This document shows positions 48,612 to 59,546 of a stretch of DNA of 64,000 bases, in pieces. Source of the stretch: Amoebophrya sp. A120 (lineage: Eukaryota > Protista > Dinoflagellata); contig CAJINV010000001.1 in assembly GCA_905178155.1 (NCBI GenBank), positions 4,488,233-4,552,232 on the forward strand. Direction: 5' to 3'. The first letter of the stretch is position 1; every line of letters begins with the position of its first letter. A program made the position numbers and the translations under genes. A model generated the notes under the pieces. It did no database searches, was not told the origin of the DNA, and saw only the letters and a list, made by a program, of their open reading frames with translations.

Positions 48612-50232
48612 CTACAGTATGTAAAGCAAGTATGTATGAATGCCCACTTGCGTTTCATCCACTAACTCAGCCAGTGGCGACGAATGCGCGCCAGCGTCCG
48701 TGCGCGTCACCCGCTCTTCCAGAATCGCACGCAGCCGGACTTGCTGCTCCGCGCTCAGCAACGGCTCCACTTGGTTTCGGAATTCCTTGCTGGCGTAGAG
48801 CGCGTACTCACTGAGCCACTTCTCGCGGACGGTGGCAAAGGAATTCGTCCGGCAGATGCGCAGCGCTTCGCTGTATGCGTGCTCGTAATTTTTAGCAGCT
48901 CGACCGGCGGGGTCCTCGAGCATCGCCTTTTTCGTTCCGTAGCCCTCCGCAGCAGTGTCTAGCTTCGCGATCTCCTTTTCCGTCCAGTCCGCCTGCACAT
49001 CCGCGTCTACGCTTTCCAGCCGCCAGATCTCCACGCGCTCCTTCGTGAGCCACGCACCGAATTGCTTTGCATTCATTTCCGTGACCAGCCGCATGGAAAA
49101 CAGCCGGTCGATCATGCTAAACTCGCGGGAGTGTATGCATTGCAATATGCAGTCTGGGTTTGGAAAGTTGTGAAGATCATGCATGAACAATAAGAGCACT
49201 GCACTGCGCTGACAAGCATGTTGACAGATTTTTTCGTGTCTCTGTGTCGTCTATTCCGCATGAGAAACTGCGTTTTTGCATGACAGACAAAAGAAGCCTC
49301 CGAGGCCACACAACACAGAGCGCAACGTCATGCCAGACAGACATGACAAGTCTCGCAATCTTCCAGGCCCAGACCCATTTGCATTTGTTAAGGTGCCGGC
49401 TCTTTCTATTCGGGACCCAAGTCGGCAGCTTCTTGATGTGGAAAAGGTTCCGGATCCACCTTTGCTCCTTTGCGGGGAGCTTCTTAAACTTCTCAAAATT
49501 TTCCTTGCCGATTATCCGCATGTGAAGCTTCGCCGCCAGCGCCTTCAGGTCTGGGAGGACGTAGGGAAGACACAGCTGCCCGGCCTTCTTGATCACGCGG
49601 ATGAACGAAGCGCAGGGGTTAGTGTACAGCATGTCCTCCAGCGGCACCATGCGCAATTCCGTGCCGGCCGCGTTGGGGTCCGTAACCGCACAGCGCATAG
49701 CCTTCAGCCAAGACTCGAAGTCTGCTGCCCGGTAGGTTTCCCGGACTACTGGCCTGATTTTGTACACAGTGGCGTCGATATGCTGGTAGTCCTGCTGGAT
49801 CTTGTAACCCACCCGGATGCAATTGATATCGAAGGCCTCGACCAACTGCTCCAAATCGCAATGGGCGTAGCGTATCAAGCTCAGCTCCACTTCTTCGCCG
49901 TCGATGGTCACGGCGTGGCTCGCGCAGTCCAAAACTCGCGGCTTCAGCGGGTCGCCCTTCTGCCAGTCCTCGAAAAACGACCCTGCGTAGTAGACGTCGA
50001 TGTCGTTGTACGGAGTCTGTTTCTCCGTCCGGGTCTCGCGGTCTATTTCAACAGCCGCCGGGTATGAGCCGGCGATTATGAAATCCGTGGGGTGTCCCAG
50101 GTAGCTACGCAGCAGCTCGTCCGCTCGTGCAACCACTTTGGACAGCGGTAAGGGGCGCTTGGGAGCCAGGCTTTCGAGTACCGGGCGCGTTTTTGGCGCA
50201 AAGGCAAATGCCTCATCACGAGATCGCTTCAT
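48612..50232 (-). CDS. Nucleotidyltransferase-like protein, paralog 2
   Basis: FIIAGSYPAA...TPYNDIDVYY...VELSLI...LVEAFDINCIRVGY. Colinear with paralog 1 through to the C-terminal region (ERVEIWRLES vs ERVIVWQLET). Confidence 0.65.
49134..49390. mobile_element. Introner/MITE family A (257 bp, decayed), TSD GAGTG/AGGTG
   Basis: tatgcattgcaatatgcagtctgggtttggaa ... ttccaggcccagacccatttgcatttgtta. The join RKSRH-SREFSM is supported by alignment to paralog 1. Confidence 0.88.
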
Positions 50233-50748
50233 CTTCTGAATTGTCGTAGATACGCAACTTTACTTAATTACATTGGGTACTTACTGGTGTCTCGTGCAAG
50301 TGCGTCATTTCCATTCAGATTTTAAGGTTCAAAGCCCCGCGAAAAAACGATTATTTGAATGAATATTTGCGATTACGATGCCCCTGGCTGCTCTCGCACT
50401 CGAGATTTTGACAACAGTTGCGCTCGAGCCGAGTTTTTAGGCACAACGAAGCGAAGAGACGACCTTCAAATTGAACAGAAAAGAACACGATTTTCGACGA
50501 AATCACCTTTACAGACTGCTTCTCGCAGTCCGGCGGTTGACTTTTTTAATTCTGCGCTCCAAAATCAGTAAAACAACAAGACTAGACTGCGTCTTTCGCA
50601 ACGGCATTCAACGCTGAGCGAGATTGCTGTAACAGCTGCAGCAGCTCCATCGACTATTGTACAAGATCGCGCGCGACCTAAACCAAGGGTTATAAAGTGA
50701 GTACATTTATTGGTGGACGTAGTTAATTTCATGAAGACAACTACAGCC

Positions 50749-51937
50749 TCAGGCACAATACGCACCGTGATAGATGCCGTCCCAGAATTCTACAAGATAG
50801 GTCTGGAGCACGCGCACACTGTCCTTGATTCGTTTATACGGCCAGGATTTCAAGTGATCCGTGTCAGCGCCCTTCATCAACTCCTTCACCAACAGGTCCA
50901 TATCATCCAGCGCCTCGGCGTAGAACCGGAAATAAGTGATGTCATGATCGGAAAGGCGATACCTGGGAGGTATTGATAGTTCGACCAATTCAGGAAACGC
51001 ACTTACCCGAGTCTGCACTTCCCGGCTTTCGCTTTCGATGCCAAAAGCATTCGTGTCACAAAAACCAAAAAAAGTAACTATACTTTGGATTCGCCTGCAC
51101 CGCCGCTACGATGTTTTTGCACATTTCCGCCCACACTGGATACAGCAGCGCGTAGCAGACTGCTATCATCGCCGGCGTGGTGTGCGTGACCAGCCAGGAG
51201 GTGTACGCCGTGTAGCACTGGCTCCTTGGCGACGGTTCGTACCTTTCCATCTCTTCGTCGCTCAGCTTCAACGCTTTCTGAAAGTGCTTCAGGTGGTCCG
51301 CCGCGAACTGACACGCGATACGGGAAAACTCGAAAAACTTTCCCACCGTATCGTCTTTCCTGCCTTGGTGCAAGTCGTACGCCACGGTGAAAGTTCGAAG
51401 GTCACTCCGCACGACGTAAAAACTCTCTGCGACAAGCTTTCGTGCCCGATTCGTGGACAGTTTCCCGTTCCTGGCGTCCCGTATAAACGGGTGGTCAGTC
51501 AGGTAGTTACTATTCTCGAGAAAAAACGCCTCGGCCTTCAGCAGTGGCATGCAGTCGCTCCACTTTTCCAGTTTCACGGCCGCTGCGCTCCGCGCCGATT
51601 GCTCTCCCTGCTTTTTCGCGCGGGAGGGACCTAGTCGTTTAGGGGGTTGTGAAAGCGCGTCCTCTCTAGGGATAAAAAAAAAACGCAGTAGATAGGAGTT
51701 GAGTAGCAACATTGAAACAACGCCATCAAACAAACGCTGGTAAGTACATTTTAGCGACATCAAATAAACTATACTCGGCGGTCTTTGTTTTTCATATTTT
51801 TTTGTCGGCGAGTCCGCTTCGGGAGGTTTTGGCGGCCGCACCGCGGTGGCGGGCGGTTGGTCGCTCGGGGCGGTTTCTATGTGGGCCGGTCGCTTCCGCC
51901 TGGATTTTTTCTGGTCGTCTGCGGAAGGGTCAGTCAT
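50749..51937 (-). CDS. TenA/THI-4 (thiaminase II-like, heme-oxygenase fold) protein
   Basis: HPFIRDARNGKL, ESFYVVRSDLR, PSPRSQCYTAYTSW, YPVWAEMC, YFRFYA, YLVEFWD. Probable GT-AG introns at about 51631-51774 and 50962-51082. Confidence 0.7.
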
Positions 51938-52322
51938 CTTTGCCGGCGTGCAGGTCCGCTAGCAGCAGCGATTGGAGGGCGAAAACACGGAGAGAAAGCA
52001 GAGCAAGAACAGATTGAAGACGCGCGGTGTGTACATTCTTTTTTTCAACTTGAACTTCTTGCTATTGATTCCTAGTGAGTTTTCTAGACAGAGAGAATCC
52101 GAGCGGATCATTTTCTGACGGACGTCGACGTCTGTACGTATTCACAGCCATCTCCGCGCTCCTTTTGTTTCCCCTCTTCGGCGTTTCTGCTCCAGATCCA
52201 AAGGTGCCGCATATCATTCGCTCGCTCGTAGAGACAGAGATCGCAACAGCCGGAACAGAACAAACATCAAAGGAATACAGCAATTTGAGTACGTGTGTAT
52301 CAGTCACCGGAGCGACCACGTT

Positions 52323-55300
52323 TCAAGAATCGTATGCTTCTGGAGGCAGCAGTGATTGCTCCGGATGGGGAGCCAAAATGCGATTTTTCGTAAACTCATC
52401 ATACACAGCAACGAAACCGGCAGCTCGCCTGCAAGAATTCGCTTTCGAACTCGTAGTGAAAACATGCGCTGCGTGATCAGGACATGGCTTCGTCGTTCTC
52501 TCCCAGAGCGGTACCATGCTCAGCCCCGCGGTTGCTGATCTGTCAAAATGCAACGACAGCCCGAGAACTTTTGCGGTTGGTCGCGCGGAGACACTTTTTC
52601 TCTGCTCCAGCACCTCCCTTCTGCTCTGCCCTTTCTTCGTATGCAGCTGCTTTGTTCTCCTCGTCGTGAGTGAGCGCTGACTACGGCGGACAAGCCGGTT
52701 GCCGCAACTTCTCGACGATGATCCGCCCACTGTTCTAGCGCAAACTGATTCTAGCCTTTTCCTGCGCTTTTGGGCTGGCGTCGTCAGCCTCCTATCAGGT
52801 GGAGATGTTGGTCCAGCCGCAAATAATGGATCCGTGTTGACAGGCGGGCCACTCTCCTCCGTTTCAGCGAGGAGGACGACCACCTCCACGGTCGCTCTTT
52901 TCTGCTGCGCGTGGTTCATTTCACCTGCCGACAGGACAAACCCCTGCACCCCCCCGCCGATACGCGGGATGTTCCCCGCGGACATCTGACAATGCTCCAG
53001 CGTCGCCTTGGGATTTCTTCCGCGAGCCTCCACCCAGTGACAGACTTCAAAGCTACCATCGAACTTCAGGAGCCACAGAGTGCAGCTAGAATCGCCAACC
53101 TCGTTTCCGTGCCCCGGCAGTAAGTGATCACAGGAAACCGCAGCCGCGTCCGCTACGTTCGTCCTGACTACGCGTGCTTCGCCCGTCAATAATCGCCCGG
53201 CGTCGTCCAGGAACAACTCATCAACGTCGTTTCTCTCATCATCTAATCTACCACCTTCAGTCCGTCGGAGCACCCGCGACCTGCTGCTCGGCGATTTTCG
53301 CCAGGCATGCTGCACACCGGCGACCATCGAATCCCCTTCGGTTTTTCCGAACTGCGCTCGCCCTTCTCGACTCAGCCAAACCTCCCGCAGCGCGACCATC
53401 TCCGCGATTTCCTCGCTCCAGCTCTCCTTCTCCTGGATGTGGGTGCAGTACCACAGTAGCCCGACCACCCAAAGTGAGAGAAACAGGGACATGGCGATCA
53501 GGAACATGAACCACGGGACGTTCCCCGGCCGCATCTGCTGCGCCCAGCAGCGCCGGCCGCTGTTTGCCAGGAGCTCCTGCTCATCTCCCAACGTGCTGTC
53601 CCCGAGCGTCTCGTCCGCAATCACGGAATTGCGACCGACCGGCGCGTCGGGCCCCATGCGAATCCGGTTGAAGTGGTTTACGGGGAAAAAGGCACAGCTC
53701 GCCGTCACGGTGTTTTCCGCGGCCTCGGCGGCACGGCTGCAGGCGTACCGGTTGTTAAACAGCGGCTCCTGCGAATTTGCCAGCTTTTCATCCTCTTTCC
53801 GAATCGCGCTGCGCTCCTTCTCGGAAAGCGTTTGCACGAGTCGCCGTCGCAGCTTTTCATTCCACGAAGGAGTAATTTGCTCCTCCACTGTTGACTCAGC
53901 TCCGGAGGTGCTTTTCGTCGTTTCGGTGGAAACAACGCCGGCCGCGCCCCCTCGTTGTTCGAACAAAACGCTGCAGTCACTGCTTCGCGCACTCGAAGGA
54001 TGCTGTTGTCGAAAGGGCGGTCTTAACTTTATCGCACCTCCACTCTCTGTCGTGGCCAAAACCCGTAAGTGCCTTTCCAAGCGTGCGAGCGGAAGGCAGA
54101 CGCGCTGCTGCTCCCCGGCTTGCTGCGCGGTTACGCCCGGGATAATAGCGCTCTTCGTGATCGGATCGTACAGACACGCAACTTGCTCCTTGTTCTTCTT
54201 AATGTTGTCCACAAAGTGACCCGCGACGGAGATACAGACAAGCGGAATCAAATGCCCGTCCAGCGGCTCGAGTAAATGCGAGGCAACGCGCTCGTACTCG
54301 CTGATGAGCGACACCGCTTGCGCCGGAAGCTGCACCTGCTTGTCCCGCTGCAACCTCCGTAGCGAGCAGACAGAGAGGTAGGCGTGCAGGTACTGCTCTG
54401 GCGGTGGCAGGAGCTCACAACTCTTCTCGTCGTGTTCCTCTGGATTAATATCAACTTCGCCGCCCTCAACGACCACCGGTTCGACCACTGTATTTCCGCT
54501 GCGGTAGTCCCCGCTTTTACTATTTCCGCTACTCGACGCCGCACGCAAGTCCTCGCTGAAGCCGCCCCACTGGCCGAACACGTCGAGGTAGAGCACTTGC
54601 TTGAACTGGTGCGGTAACTTCACCTGTTCGTCGGTCCCCGCTTTCACCAGGAACAGAACCACCGCCACCCAGCAGATGTGAAACACGAAAACCAGCAACA
54701 CGAAGTAAATGTGGAACCGGTACCAGTGCCAGCGGTAGGTGGTAACCGCGGCCGTGGAGAAGAACGCGGGTAAAATGATGAGCAGCGCGACCAGGCCAAA
54801 GCTTCTGCCGCCCAGGTCGAAGTCGATTTTCGCCACCAGCAGCACGTTCACGGCCATCAGCAAACAGCAGCCCCAGGAGGCCCACTCGGCCTGGCTCGCG
54901 TTCTCCGTCGCGATCCCAAGACAGAAGTACCACAGACTGAAGAGCAGCGAATTCAGCCCGATCGACGTGCCGGCCCGCGCGTACGCGTCGTAGCTGATAA
55001 AATTCGCCTGCATGCGCCGGTACAGCTTCACGTGCTCCAGCGACGTCACTTCGATCACTTCGGGCGTTTGCTCCACGTTTTCAGCATCTGTGTCTACTGC
55101 GTCGCCCTCGCTCTGCAAGCCATTTTCACCAAGTACTCCAGTACTGTGCGAACTACTTTGACGCTGTCCTGCTTTCGCTGCTCCTGTTCTCGCATCCTTA
55201 TTATTCGGGTCACTCAACCCCTGTTTCAGCTTCGCCTCCAGCTTCTTTGCTGCGACTTTGATCAGTGGCACGCGCAGCATGTCCTTCGCCGAATAGCCTT

Positions 55301-55844
55301 CGAATTCCGTCGCGTGGAGTTGCAGCGCGTCGAGCTGTTTCTCTGTTGGGATGGGCAGACGCACGTACTGCGTCAACAGGCGAACCGCGAAGGAGTGCGA
55401 GGCGACGGACGCGTGCATGGCCAGCCAGAGGCTCAGGAAGAAAAGCAAAAAGCCGGAACACAAGCTCAGAATCTGCAGGCACCGCAGCCACTCGGGCGCG
55501 GCGTCCAGGTGGCCCTTGCAGAGCATGCGGACGCTCTGGTCGAGCAGCAGGGCGTTGACAATGAGGTACAAATCCATCTTGCCGGTGGTCAGCTCCATCA
55601 GGTCGCGGACGTCGTCCCGATACAACTTGCCCTGGTCCACCCGCATCTTTTGCTCCTGGAAGCCCCGCTCCTGCCATTGCTTCGCGTCGAAACGGAAATT
55701 CTCCTTGTTGTAATCGAAAGCGTCCTCCAGGTCTTCCATTTTGCTTCTTTTTCTTGTTACGTGAATCGATTTAGTTACTTTATTTTCCAATCGTTGCACT
55801 TGTTTTTCCCTGCGATTCCGCGCCCTCCCCGAGAAATGATTCAC
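52323..55844 (-). CDS. Large multi-pass membrane protein of unknown function (intronless; start may be MEDLEDAF ~55739)
   Basis: 1173-aa ORF with several hydrophobic helices. N-terminal FDYNKENFRFD..RDDVRDLMELT..MDLYLIVNALLL..SLWLAMHAS. Confidence 0.75.
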   Translation of the reverse strand: MNHFSGRARNRREKQVQRLENKVTKSIHVTRKRSKMEDLEDAFDYNKENFRFDAKQWQERGFQEQKMRVDQGKLYRDDVRDLMELTTGKMDLYLIVNALLLDQSVRMLCKGHLDAAPEWLRCLQILSLCSGFLLFFLSLWLAMHASVASHSFAVRLLTQYVRLPIPTEKQLDALQLHATEFEGYSAKDMLRVPLIKVAAKKLEAKLKQGLSDPNNKDARTGAAKAGQRQSSSHSTGVLGENGLQSEGDAVDTDAENVEQTPEVIEVTSLEHVKLYRRMQANFISYDAYARAGTSIGLNSLLFSLWYFCLGIATENASQAEWASWGCCLLMAVNVLLVAKIDFDLGGRSFGLVALLIILPAFFSTAAVTTYRWHWYRFHIYFVLLVFVFHICWVAVVLFLVKAGTDEQVKLPHQFKQVLYLDVFGQWGGFSEDLRAASSSGNSKSGDYRSGNTVVEPVVVEGGEVDINPEEHDEKSCELLPPPEQYLHAYLSVCSLRRLQRDKQVQLPAQAVSLISEYERVASHLLEPLDGHLIPLVCISVAGHFVDNIKKNKEQVACLYDPITKSAIIPGVTAQQAGEQQRVCLPLARLERHLRVLATTESGGAIKLRPPFRQQHPSSARSSDCSVLFEQRGGAAGVVSTETTKSTSGAESTVEEQITPSWNEKLRRRLVQTLSEKERSAIRKEDEKLANSQEPLFNNRYACSRAAEAAENTVTASCAFFPVNHFNRIRMGPDAPVGRNSVIADETLGDSTLGDEQELLANSGRRCWAQQMRPGNVPWFMFLIAMSLFLSLWVVGLLWYCTHIQEKESWSEEIAEMVALREVWLSREGRAQFGKTEGDSMVAGVQHAWRKSPSSRSRVLRRTEGGRLDDERNDVDELFLDDAGRLLTGEARVVRTNVADAAAVSCDHLLPGHGNEVGDSSCTLWLLKFDGSFEVCHWVEARGRNPKATLEHCQMSAGNIPRIGGGVQGFVLSAGEMNHAQQKRATVEVVVLLAETEESGPPVNTDPLFAAGPTSPPDRRLTTPAQKRRKRLESVCARTVGGSSSRSCGNRLVRRSQRSLTTRRTKQLHTKKGQSRREVLEQRKSVSARPTAKVLGLSLHFDRSATAGLSMVPLWERTTKPCPDHAAHVFTTSSKANSCRRAAGFVAVYDEFTKNRILAPHPEQSLLPPEAYDS

Positions 55845-56310
55845 TGTTCATGTTCGTTTTCACTACCTTCAAGTACAACTGCCTCGTCGAAATACAGTGC
55901 GTGATCGCACTTTTTGAAAACAAATGGCAAACGTTTTGCTTTTGCGATAAAGTGGGTCCCTTTCGTTGGTTCAGCGCTTTTATTCTGATAGTAAAACCAG
56001 AATATTGTCTCATGCGCTCGAAAGAAAAGCACGACTTCTCCAGGTCGTGCGCGTGATAAAAAAATCTTTTTGGGCACATCGAACACAAATTTCGATTGCG
56101 CTGAAGATAAAACTTTCGGCGACTACGCACAAGAGCGGCGGGAGGACATGATTCTTGTTACAAGCATTTCTAGTACAGAGCGAACACTTTGCAAAAGTGC
56201 AGCGCAAATACGGACAAGCCAGGTAATGGCAGTACAATGTGTAGTTGCGCGCTCAACGCCTAACAGTGTGAATGCCGAAGTATTTTTTGCGTGCCAGAAC
56301 ATCATCAACG

Positions 56311-57479
56311 TCACCCACCCCCGCCGGGCCGATCCGCAACATGATAGGAGTCGGTCGCCTTCAAGTATTTTCCAGGCGGCAAAAGCGGCGCACCGTGCAG
56401 CAACCGCATGGCCTCGATCTCCACCGGATCTAACGCCGATCGGTCCATGCGCGGGCTCAGACTCGCATTCTTCGGACTGCCGACACCCGCCGTAGGACTC
56501 TTTGGCTCTTCCAGGACAAAGTCGCGCCAGGTCTGCAGTCGGGGTGCGCTTCTTGTCCTCCGATTCGCGAACGGAAGTCGGGAGGTCGAGGAGGTCGCGG
56601 CGTTTGAAGTTGCCCCGGTCAGCAATCCGGTCGTGGACTTGCTCGTCGCTAAATTCGTTCCACCGGCGTGAAGATTTTCGACATTGAACAAATCCTCCGG
56701 ACTGGATCCCCCCCCTTCATCGAGCTGTATGTGAAGGTGCGCTTCGTCGCTCTCGGATGCAGTCGTCGACTTCGAGGAAGAGACTGAGTTTCGGAGTCGT
56801 TCGAACGCGTCCTGCGGCAGGCGGACAATCACGCGGCGCACGTGCTCGAGGCAGACGTGACCCTTGAACTCCGGATCGAACTCACGGCAGGCCCGCGCTA
56901 GGTGCTCCAGCGTCAGTGTCTGCCAGGGGATGATCCGCTTCTCCTGCAACGCGTACAGGAAATGCTCGAGTGGCAGCACTCCGTTTACTTTTCCTGTGAA
57001 ATTTTTCGACATTTCCTTCATCTTATTGGGCTGAGTTGACGTTTATGGCACTTTTCCAACGAACCTGCGAACTACTTCTCGATCAATTTTCCATCACCCC
57101 GAACTTAATGTACAAAATCACACGAGAAAAATAGCCAACCATTCGGATTTGTACCATCCCTCCGATCACAGTAAATTGCGAAGATGTCCCGCACACGTTG
57201 TTTCATTTTACTCGCCCGCCGCCGAATCGCGAGCAAAATTGCCATTGCGTGCTGCTGCGGCTCCGTGTAGCTTTCCGCAAACATCCAGTCGTTCCAACCG
57301 GGGTGAATTTTGTCTTCGCTCTCGACGATTTTGTGCCGTCGCTTGTAGTGCCGCTGGTCGATAGCATGCGGATTCCGTATGAACGCGGACGTCCTCGCGA
57401 GTTCCTTGTTGATGTATTTCGACCGGGCACTATGTGCATTCGTACTCCTCACACCAGAACCTGTTGGAGAATTCATCAT
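56311..57479 (-). CDS. Hypothetical protein with degenerate EF-hand-like segment
   Basis: ORFs 57105-57563 and 56311-57021 are probably joined by an intron. VRDIF.. and REFDPEFKGHVCLEHV. Confidence 0.5.
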
Positions 57480-57818
57480 TTCGGATCTCTGGGAGCCGAA
57501 GCCGATGCCCTTCTCGTCCACATACTGTACGCACAGAAAGTCAGTGCGCTGAAACACGTGCACGAGAATACTTGACGTTGTTTCATCATCCGGAGGTCGT
57601 GTGATTGTCTGAATACCAATTGATCAGGACAGAAAGAAAAAGATTCTGCTCGATGGTTTCGTATTCAGCAACAAGACATTTCTTTCGCGCGTGTGGAATG
57701 CTGGTTCTCTCACTAAGCAAAAAGCAGAGAGACCAGCTTGGATTTGCGCACAGAGCTCTAAACTGATTTTCTAGTCATTAGTTTCCTCTACTGAAGTAAC
57801 TAAGTAGCCATCGGAAGA

Positions 57819-58673
57819 TCAATCAAGTGTAGTGATCATTTTCGACGATTGTAGTTGCGAATAAAACATAGAATTTTTGTCGGTAATATGCATGGTACTT
57901 GTGTGTGGCCGCTTGGGGTACCACGATTTGTTCGGCACTCCGTCAATGTGGTACTGGGACACAAGCCCCTCGGGTTTGTCGTAATACGTTGCTGGCGTCT
58001 TGCGGTAGGCTAGCGGCTGCGGTGCTCGCAGGATCGGCTCTTGTAGGTGTGGCCCGATCCCGCGACCGTATGTGTAGAAAAAGCCCGGTTTCTTCGGAGG
58101 CGCTTCCGAAAGCTCGTAGTCGAGCGGCTCCGCTTGCGGATTCGGGTACGGGTCTCGCCAGCCGAAAGGCGAGTAGGTCGGCGGGTGCGGCTCACAATTT
58201 GGGTCGATTACTCCAAACGTAGACTTTGGCTTCCTATCCAGGATCTGCGTCAAACGGCTCTTCCCGCGGGTGCTCGCGTTTCCGTATTCGTATCTGTAGA
58301 GATTGATGCTGAATCAGTCAGAACAGTTAACATAGCAACCTAGAACCACGAATACGCACTGAGGAGAAAAAAGTACCTGCACAAAAAGAAAACGCTGAAT
58401 GCAGAACCACCCACGTAGTACATACCTCAAGACCGTAGTCGGGGGACGCAGTGCCGCGCCAGTGTCCACACAGTGCTTCAAAAACGCAGTGCATTTTTTC
58501 ACCGGGTTATCTTCTTCAGAGGGTGCCCAGAGCGAGATCCCCTGCTCATAGTCGTACGCGTCCATGAGCCGGAACCCCTGCGCACGCTGCTTCTGCTGCC
58601 ACACATCCTGGCACTTCTCCTCCACGACCTTTTTCCTCCGCAGATCGGCCGAGCTCGCGCGACTTGCGAGCAT
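57819..58673 (-). CDS. Hypothetical Pro/Tyr-rich multi-exon protein
   Basis: Coding-like ORFs 58314-58673 and 57819-58253 separated by AT-richer intron-like sequence with a GTATGT donor. Confidence 0.45.
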
Positions 58674-59546
58674 CCTGAAGCGCCCGGGCCTTGATAGAAG
58701 GACTCAAGTAGCAGCACCTGCTTTTTTCGTGCGTTTTCTATTTTCCACCGGCGGCGCAGTCTACTCCACGCGGCCTGCCCAGGCGAGAAAACTACTCCTC
58801 CACTTTCTCACACTATCTTTAGCTTTTCTTCGAAGCCGCGGCACACGACGGAGAGAAAAAGTTGTTTTAGGTCATCTGCTCATTTTTCAGCTCCACGGCA
58901 GAAACTCGGCATAGCGTTGCTGATCGTCTTTGCTAGCAAGCGAGGGAAAAATCCATTTAATCTTCAGACTTTACATTTTTTTACATGAGGTGGGCAAAAC
59001 CTTTGTCACATTATACAGAAATAAACTTCCAAATCATAGAGAAACAAGTCTTGTGTGACAACGATGAAACCAAGTGAGCAATTCGAAAAGAGAAACGAAA
59101 AATATTTTGAATGGTCAGAACTACCGCCGTGTGCCTATTTTTGGTGAATTATAATGAATTGTTGAAGACCAAGAATGAACGTGGCCAAGTACGAAACGGT
59201 GGATATCGGAAAAGCCACAGCAGAAAGCCTGAAACAACTCGACAACGCACAATCGTAGTTCTTGAGATTCTTTTGCACTCTGTCTCTAGCACACTCGTCA
59301 CACGATCCAACATCTACGCTCTTCTCCGATGGGTTTATTTTCCTTCTACCGCCAACTAAGAACGTCCCTCTATTCGACATAGCGAATAAATGCAAAACAG
59401 TTACAGTCAGCGACATCAACGGTGAATGCCGACGTTGCCAACATTAGCAGAACATGATCAGGCGATACGAGTGTGTAATACCACCGACCGATGACTCTCG
59501 AGCGGAAGCAAGTGCAGCCGCAGCGTCGTCGAGTCAGCCACAGTGC

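Noticed and set aside
52370-52380. Partial match to the dinoflagellate spliced leader (cattttggctc on the minus strand; also cattttggct at about 23486 on plus)
   Set aside because: Only 10-11 nt, and either inside CDS or in the wrong orientation. Compatible with chance.
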